A stretch of DNA of 61,962 nucleotides, the filler included, from Streblomastix strix (Eukaryota): NCBI GenBank assembly GCA_008636045.1. It is 3 parts of 3 records of this genome, joined end to end, with 100 filler letters (N's around TTAATTAATTAA, not from the genome) between each part and the next. Parts side by side here need not be neighbours in the genome. Positions count along the whole stretch, not along the records: positions 41,389 to 61,962 come from SNRW01000428.1; 2 more parts are not named here. The stretch is one strand, 5' to 3'. The position numbers and the translations under genes were made by a program. The notes under the pieces are model-generated. The model ran no database searches. It saw only the letters and a list, made by a program, of their open reading frames with translations, and was not told the origin of the DNA. How positions within the stretch are numbered: position 1 is the first letter of the stretch; each line of letters begins with the position of its first letter. Shown here piece by piece: positions 53,790 through 61,962 of this stretch.

Positions 53790-56700
53790 TCATTATGAAA
53801 AGCGAATTTCATTCAATGTCTTCAAGAGAGAATCAACCAATCTAATATAAAAATAAATAAATAAATTTAATTTTTTCCTTCCAAACTAATAAATTTATAA
53901 AGTTGAATATTTTTTTTCAAATATTTTTTTTCCTATAATAATAAATTTTAAATATTTAAATTAAGTCGTACTATTTAGTCTCTGCATCTCTGTTTGGTGC
54001 ATCTCTGAACTGAGGAAGAAGTTTTGGTTGTTCATCCAATATCTTAGTCTTCAATAGATTCTGTAGTTCTGAAGAACTGATATAATAATTAAAAAAAATA
54101 ATTTTTAATAATATATTAAATAGTTATGTATTTGTTAAATGTGCAAATACCCATGTTTTGCCATTCGTTGGAGAATTTGCATTGACAATTAGAGTACTTT
54201 TGGAGAACTTGCTCTATTATATTCAAAGAATTTTGGTAATAATTGTTATAAATAAGAATGAAATTAAAATTACTAATAATATATACGTTTTGATTCTATC
54301 AATCAAGAAAAGTGCTATCTCTTTGAATATATCAACCCATGTTTAGAAGTTTTCTGTGTGAAATAGTGTCATTAAAAAAATAGTTTAATATAAATTAAAA
54401 TGAATTAAAGAATTTATTGTCAAACATGAGCACCAGATCAAAGTCTAGAATTCAACGAGTGCAGGAAGTCTTTTTTAGAGATCAGGAGCATTTCTGAATA
54501 TTAATATAATTATTTAATAAAAATAAAATATATAACAATAAAATATAAATTATTAACTTCACAGCATCTACAAGAGTTGATATAACTATTGTGAAGTCTT
54601 AAGGAATTGGACGATAACGATAACCATTAGCAACGATCTTATATTATTGATTTATGAAATGTAGATAATGAAATAAATACAATAAAAAAATGGTTATAAA
54701 TTATAATACTTGGGCAGTTTTCTCTCTAATATCTTTGTATGGAACCACTTTTATGATTTTCTTTTAATAAATATCAAAAAATAATATTGATTGAGAAAAA
54801 ATAAATATAAAAATATGAATAATATTTAATAATCAAACATGAAGTGTATTGAACATGTCACAAGTTGCCATACGTCCGAAGAATGGATTATATCCTAACA
54901 TTATAAAATAAATTTAATAAATTTAATAAATATTATAAATATTACTATCTCATTATTTCAAAAATTTTCTTCAAAACTATTTCAAACCTTTTGTTTGATC
55001 TTCTGGTACTAGTTATTTTGTTGAATTTCCTGAAATTTGTTTGGTTTATTATTCCTGGGCGAATTAAGATCCTTATTAATATGAATAATGATAATAAATT
55101 AGATGAGATATAAAACAAACAAACAAACAAAAATATTATTAATAATAATAATTCATTCTTTCTTTTATATTATTTTTTCCTCTATTCAAACCTATTAGCA
55201 GAATGTTATATATGGAGATCAAGATAATATCAATAATATCTTTATTAAAACTATCTCCAAGTTTTGCTGATTCTGAACCAGGGCCAACTGTTTTATTCTT
55301 AAATATTATATTAATTAAATAATAATATAATTAAAATTATGCTTAATTCATATTCATATTTGTATTTTACCTTATTCTGTTAGGTTCTTTCAACCCTATA
55401 TAATTAAATAAATAAATATTAATTAAATTTTCAGATAAATGATTTCATTAAAATAATAATTCTTTCATACTATGCAACAGAGCTTCTTTGTCCAGCAGAG
55501 AAGAATGAGCTACTTTCACTGAATGTTTCTTTTCCAGTTTCAATTTCTGGTCCTGAAGATTCTCCTGTTTTTTGAGTTGTTCCAATATCTGCATTAATAT
55601 ATTAATAAAATTAAAATTAAAAAAAAACATATTTAATTTTTTAATTATTATTCTTTTTACTTATAGCACACCTTTCAATCTGATAAGTGGCCAAAGAAAT
55701 TTCAATGTCAATTCAAAGATACCATCTTTTCGAATCTAAAACATTTATAGAAATAAAATAAAATTTAAATATAAAACAAACAATATAATAATATAAATTA
55801 AACAAACCAATTCATTTCCTTCTCCTTTAACCAGAGAACTCGCATCTTCATATGTCGCATTCAATGATAAAGCTCTTTATTAATAATATAATAATAGATT
55901 GTTATATTTATTATTATTTTCTATAACAATAGCATACTGTATAACTTTCATATGTGATCTGTTGATTTTTGGTGATTGTGGATTTCTGAATATGAATTTG
56001 TACATTGTTGTCATCAACCCATCTTGTAGTGCTTTCTTCACTGGAATAATTCTGATTAAGAATAATGAAGGATATCAAATAATGGATATTAAATGAAATA
56101 AAAAACAAATATGACTTAAAATAATAAAGAATAAAGAATAATGATATTTTAAGTTTTTATAAATAATAACTTCTCCATGATAATCTCAGATAGGACATTA
56201 CACAAGGCGTTTGTTCTGTTATATTCTTCTACAGTCATCCTTCTAAGCAGATCCTGATCAACTTAATCATCTTCATCAACATCAATACAAAACTCTGGAA
56301 GAGATATAGGAACAGGAATAGATTGAGAATTGGAATCTAAAATTATAAAAGAAATAAAAATAATAAATAAAAACGAATTAAATATTTGAAGAAAATGAAA
56401 ATAATTATAAGAAATCAAACAATTCATACCCTGTTTGGATATTTCAGTATCCAGTGTATTTAAACGAATTTGTTCAGATCTTCTCAGTTTATTAAACTCC
56501 TCCAGACGGTCTTCAAGTTTTGGAATGTAACTATTCAAACGTCTAATAAATATCATTTATAATATAATAATTAAAAAAATATAATAATACAAATGTTTTA
56601 TATTTCTTTCTATTTTCAAACTTCAGGTATTTGTCAAATATCTTCAACTTCAAAATATTGGCTTTTGTGCTTTCATCTTTGTTCGTTCCTATTTATTTAT

Positions 56701-59700
56701 TTGAAAGGATTATTTTATCATCAAAAATAAATCAAATAATGAATAAATTATTATTAATATTCTCAAATATATATATGAATAAAATACCTAAGAAGATTTG
56801 CATGTGAATTTCGGAAGGTAATTTGTTACTTGTGAAATTGTCACTATTAATAAAAAAGAAAGAATTAAATTAGAAAATATGATTGATAAATAATATTATT
56901 ATCAATTTTTTGTTCATACTTCACAATTTTGTTTATTTATTCAGGAGAAAGAAAATAAGCACCGAAGTTTTCCTAATTACCCTGTATTTGTTTATCTAAG
57001 TACAAAATTTAAAATAAATATTTATTGTTTAAAAATATAAATTTATTGATCAAGATTATTAATAAATCAATAAATGCAAACTTTTATTATCTTCACCAAA
57101 CACAAAACTGAACAATTCTTTTGGCAATGATTCAAAAGATGATGCATTCTATTTGAACAATCCTTTTCCATCTTATTGTTGGTTTGCTCTCCATTCAGCT
57201 GGAAAGAAAGGAGATTGAAGAGCCTTAAAATATAAGAATGATAAATATAAAATTATATTATAAAATGGATTATGAATTTTTTTAATTTATTAAAAAAAAA
57301 TATTTTCAAATTTTACCTGTGCTACAGTTAATCTTGAGTTAACATTGAATACAAGAAGTTTGGAAAGTAGTTCAGATGATTCAGATGATATTTTCTAATC
57401 CATTTTAAACCAAACATCAACATTCTTCTAAAAGATCTAACTCACATTTCTAATTAAATGTGTAATGAAAATAGTTAAAATATATTGGAAAAGATGAGAG
57501 AATTAAATATAATATAAATAATTTATTATAAATCGTTCAACTTTCTTAATTAAAATTAGATTATTATATTTAAAATACTTTTTGTATTCATCCAATGTAA
57601 GTCCAGGTATTGGATGGCTAGAAATATATATTTTAATAAAAGTAAAATCAATAAAAATAATAATTTAAAATAAAATCAACTCCCATATAAAAATTCAAAC
57701 TTTCTTGTGAGCATGCAATACAAAATCAGACCAAATGAAAACATATCCATCTTTGGATCAGCAAATGATATTGTGTTGAGAGCTTCTGGTGCCTGAATGT
57801 TAGTATAAAATTAAAAGTTATTTTTCAACATATAAACTTTTGGTATTAATTTTGTATCTCATACATAATAAAAGCCACCAGAACTTATTCCGTTCTCTTT
57901 TTAGATAAATTTTTCTCCAATTTTACGGCCAAGCGAAAAGTTGCTCAATTGAACATCAATACCTGAAATGTAAACAAGGAAAATAAAAAATAAAAATAAA
58001 TGTATATTAAATAAAATAAAATAAATGTAAATAAACAAAATTAATTATATTTAAATAACCTCCAGTAGATGGATTTGTTCGGAAGAGAATGTTGTCCAAC
58101 TTCAAATCACTGTAAAGTAAAATTTATAAAAATAAAATAACAAAAATTAAATCTTCAATTATTTATTATTTTCTGCAATCTATCATACCCATGAATATAT
58201 CCAGCTTTATGGATTTCTAATAATGCCAGAACTATATTTAAATATTAAAAATAATATTTATCAAAATATATTTTTTTTTAAATTAGGACAATATTTTCTA
58301 TTCATTTAATTTATTCGTTCATATTAATCATTAATATTTAGCATACGAATTTACCAGGCAAAATTTTTTATTGCAACTTCTGTCAATAAGCATTTGCCAA
58401 GAAGATCAAATAAGTTCTGTTTATTAAATTAATTAAAATGAAATAAAAATTAATTTTTATAATTAAATAAATAAAATATTGAATTGCAAACGTAATTATC
58501 AGCAAGTTCAGTAAAAACTACAAGATGCTAATTGATTTCTAGTATACCAACATATGGAATAATGTATGGACTATAACAAATAATAATAAATAATAAAAAT
58601 AATTTTTTAATAGAAATGCGATTATTTTATTATTCAAACTGTTTAAGCGTCTGCAACATTGTTATTTCAGTTTCATTCTTAGATTAAATAGGTGAAACTT
58701 TAACAGATCCAATCCATCCATCCTATACATTTCTTACTGCATATGATCTGAGCACAAATAAAGAATGAATCAACAAAAATGTAATAATAAAATAGTTGTT
58801 ACCCACCTTCCTGTGTTACCTAAAGTAGAAAAAATATCATAATAATAAATTAAATAAAAAAAAATATATGTTTATAACACACCTAATTTTTAAGTAATCT
58901 GAAAAGATATTTGTAAATTAAAATTTGAATATTTTATAATACAAAAGAATTTATCATACAACTAATTACTAACTGAAGAGATATTAGGTATCAAACTGAG
59001 TAAAATCTTCAATACCCCGCTGTATTAAATGTCAAATTATATAAATCAAAAAAAATTCTTTTTTCTTTAATATAATATAAACTCAAACATCATTCAATAA
59101 AACTACTTTTTGTTAATCTTAATCATTTTCTTCTTCATTCAAATCTTCTTCCACCAATTTTTATTTTTCCAAGTTTTCCAAAGATGAAGAATCTTTCAAT
59201 TTTCCATTTGTGTTACAATCCAAAACCAAACAAATATTAATACCATCCAAGAAACATTCAAAAAGTCGTGAAGATTTCTTCAGCAATTTCGCATCTTACT
59301 CAACATTCTTTTTTTGCAGAGAATTAAAATATGGCAATGTCTTGATTATGAAAAATTCACCAGTTTCCCTCAGTTTCATCAGTAATATTCTTTCATAAGA
59401 ACTACATGAAATCTCACAGACTATATCATCTAATTAATAAAATATACAATAATATTTTGAAAGAGAAATTAAAAATTAATAGAAGTTTGCGAACAATCAT
59501 TTAAGCTATGTTTTCCAGAAATATATTAGATAATAATTCCATGAGGATCATGAACAGGTATTGCATCTTAATCTGGTTACAATTTCTTTTCATCTTCATT
59601 CAAAGGACTGTCCTATGTAATAGAATCAGATGAATTTAGTTTATCTTCAGGTTTTTCTGATATAATTTGTTCAATTTATGGTACGGCTGTTGGATCTAAC

Positions 59701-59972
59701 AAATCAGTTCCTGTTCCAATTTCTGATGTAGATATACTTGTCTATGAAACTGAACTTGATAGAATTGGAATTTCTAAACTTGGAGGTGGGCATGGTCTCA
59801 AATTTCCCTTTGGAACTTTACCAATCTATCCACCTTTATCAACAGTAAACCAACCAGATTCCTTCCTAATCAATTTGACTATTTCTCCTTTAGAAATTGG
59901 AAGATATTGAGAATCGCCTTCTTGACCAGTATAGTCTGTGGCAGCTTCAAAAAGTTCAACTTGAGTAGTCAT
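53790..59972 (-). CDS. Large many-exon protein: SH3 + kinase N-lobe remnant + pseudokinase + unknown C-terminal region (may be two genes)
   Basis: SH3 paralogous to 51372; IHGDLKLDNILF, LSNFSLG in place of DFG, YYAPE, DMFSFG, ALQSPFF; GT-AG exons continue to EIRFSQ-TGA at 53790-53792; not every junction checked. Confidence 0.65.
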
Positions 59973-60030
59973 TGTATTAATTTAATCTAAATATTTAATG
60001 GAAAAATATAAAAAAGTAGCAAATTACAAA
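59595..60030. repeat. Duplicated SH3 5' module, copy 2
   Basis: Matches 50995-51430. Confidence 0.92.
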
Positions 60031-60719
60031 TTAAAACAGGCAATCAATGTAAAAATAGAAAAAAAATTCTAAAATGTTTTGAGCAATAAATATAGATTAT
60101 ATTATTTATATTATTTATTAAAACTATTTAATTGATATAATATTGCTAGAATTATATATTAAATTGATGTAATAATAAGTATTAAATCCATAAAAGCTCA
60201 TCGAAAAAAAAATTCTATAATTTCAATATTTAGTTGGAAAATGTAGATAATTAACAATTATTAAACTCAATAAATTATAAAAAGCCGTGAATATAGCAAA
60301 TAATAATAAAATAATTATAAAATTACAACGAAAAACATAAAAAAAAATAAATGCAGTTATTCTTGGCACATAAAAATAATTAAGTGAATTAAACATGAAA
60401 AATATTTTAATTACTATGCAAATAATTGTATCATAATAAATAAATAGCCAAATGCAGACTCAGGAGCGAAAAATACTTCGCTTAACAAAAAGCTTGATTC
60501 GCTTAAATAGACCTCTCTAACTTTATCACTGTTAAAAGAAAATAATGGAAATAAATTAACAATCAAGTTCATTACATTTTTGATGTTAAATATGAAGTAT
60601 TTATTAGGATGGTATTAAGGTTAATTTAAATCAGTTCAATTAAAACGATGTGTAAAATGTAAAGAATGATTAAAAAATACTCCCAAATTAAATTTTATGT
60701 TAAAATATTTTCTAATGTA

Positions 60720-61962
60720 TCAATCATCCTCAACCGCTGCTAAATGTTCCTGCTCCTATTCTAAATTTCCCTCATTTAAGTCTTTCTCATTTTTTTCTTG
60801 CTTCTCTTCTTCCTATTCTTTTCCATCATTAGACTATTCAATCTAATCATGTTTAACTAATCCTTCTTCTTCATTCTCTTTCTCTTATGGCTTACTTTTA
60901 GTTTTCTTCTTCTTCTTCTTTCCTTTTCCTTTCACTTTTCTTTTCCCATCTTTTTCACCTTCATCATCATCATTCTTCTTAGAAATATGACCCATATCTG
61001 CATAATGAATATCTAAGAACCACACACCAAGAATATAGAGAATAGCTTTTAATATATAGAAATATAGAGAAGAGAAGATAAATAAATAATCAGCGATATT
61101 TTGAATATTGTTATAAATAGTACCTATTACTATCATTGTGAGGATGTAGTATTAAGGATAAGGAGCACCTGCAGCGCTTGTGAATGAGAGAATGCCTGAA
61201 GACAGTCCACCAAGTAACCTGCAGTACTAGACAAAGATTACAGGGTTATTCTTACTATCAATAGTGTCCCACGTCAACCAAAACTGATTAATGTCATTAC
61301 TTGATCCTGCAGATCCATAGACAATAAATGTGAGACAGAACATGGCTAGTCTTGACTTACCTGAGTTGATTATTAATTATGAAAAAAATATTTGTATAAA
61401 AAATTCATAATTATTTAGTTAGATTAATGAAAGAAATATGAGTAAAATATGAAATTAAACAGTTGTACATGTATTATATAATTTATTGTGACAAACTTTC
61501 AAATTCAGTGAATAATGTAGTATTTGCAAATATGATGAATAATTAAATAAGTAATGCAGAAATGAAGAAAGAAGCTCTTTTTGATTTTTTGTCAATAATA
61601 ACACCTATTAAATATAATAAAAAATAATGAAAATAAATAATGATGGGAATATAATGATTGTCTTTTAATATTTAAAAATTAATTTTAAATATATAAGTAT
61701 CATACCCCATGTAAAGCTTCCAATGATTTACATCACACCAGCCATTGCAAATGCATAACTTAATTATTTATAATAAAAAATAAATAAGAAGTAAAGATAT
61801 AATAAACAAATATACAACATATAACCAATATTAATAAATTCACTATCATTTATCATACCCAGTAAAGGTCCGAGCTGTATCGTCAGGAGCTTGACCTGTA
61901 AATACTGAAGCTAAGAAGTTGACCATAAACATATTGAATACCGATGATAGTGCAACTGCATA
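60720..61962 (-). CDS. 5'-partial multi-pass membrane protein (MFS-like) with charged tail
   Basis: Hydrophobic exons (AFAMAGVMQIIGSFTWG; MFCLTFIVYG; ILYILGVWFLD), K/E-rich tail, TGA 60720-60722. Confidence 0.65.

Overview
AT-rich, intron-rich eukaryotic DNA in a non-standard code: TAA/TAG read as Gln and TGA is the stop, so the supplied ORF track fragments nearly every gene. Code, intron style, anaerobe-type enzymes and kinase/SPRY families fit an oxymonad such as Streblomastix (inference). The window is three contigs (1-20599, 20700-41288, 41389-61962) joined by artificial N-TTAATTAATTAA-N linkers. Contig 1: AccA-like/pyruvate carboxyltransferase/biotin-carrier fusion, two SPRY genes, a giant USP, ADF/cofilin, a decaying DIRS retrotransposon. 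Contig 2: two hypothetical genes, Nop9, Nab2-like, Pho80-type cyclin, DUS4, TDRD3/RMI1-like OB protein, a kinase, a decayed Polinton-type polB. Contig 3: TBC Rab-GAP, helical-repeat protein, CCT4, two SH3-kinase genes, flavodoxin-ferredoxin fusion, MFS-like protein. Best leads: isolated in-frame TGA codons in three otherwise long open genes (readthrough or young pseudogenes), and a CCT4 lacking the conserved TNDGATI segment at an intron position. All translations and exon boundaries were read by eye; no searches were run.
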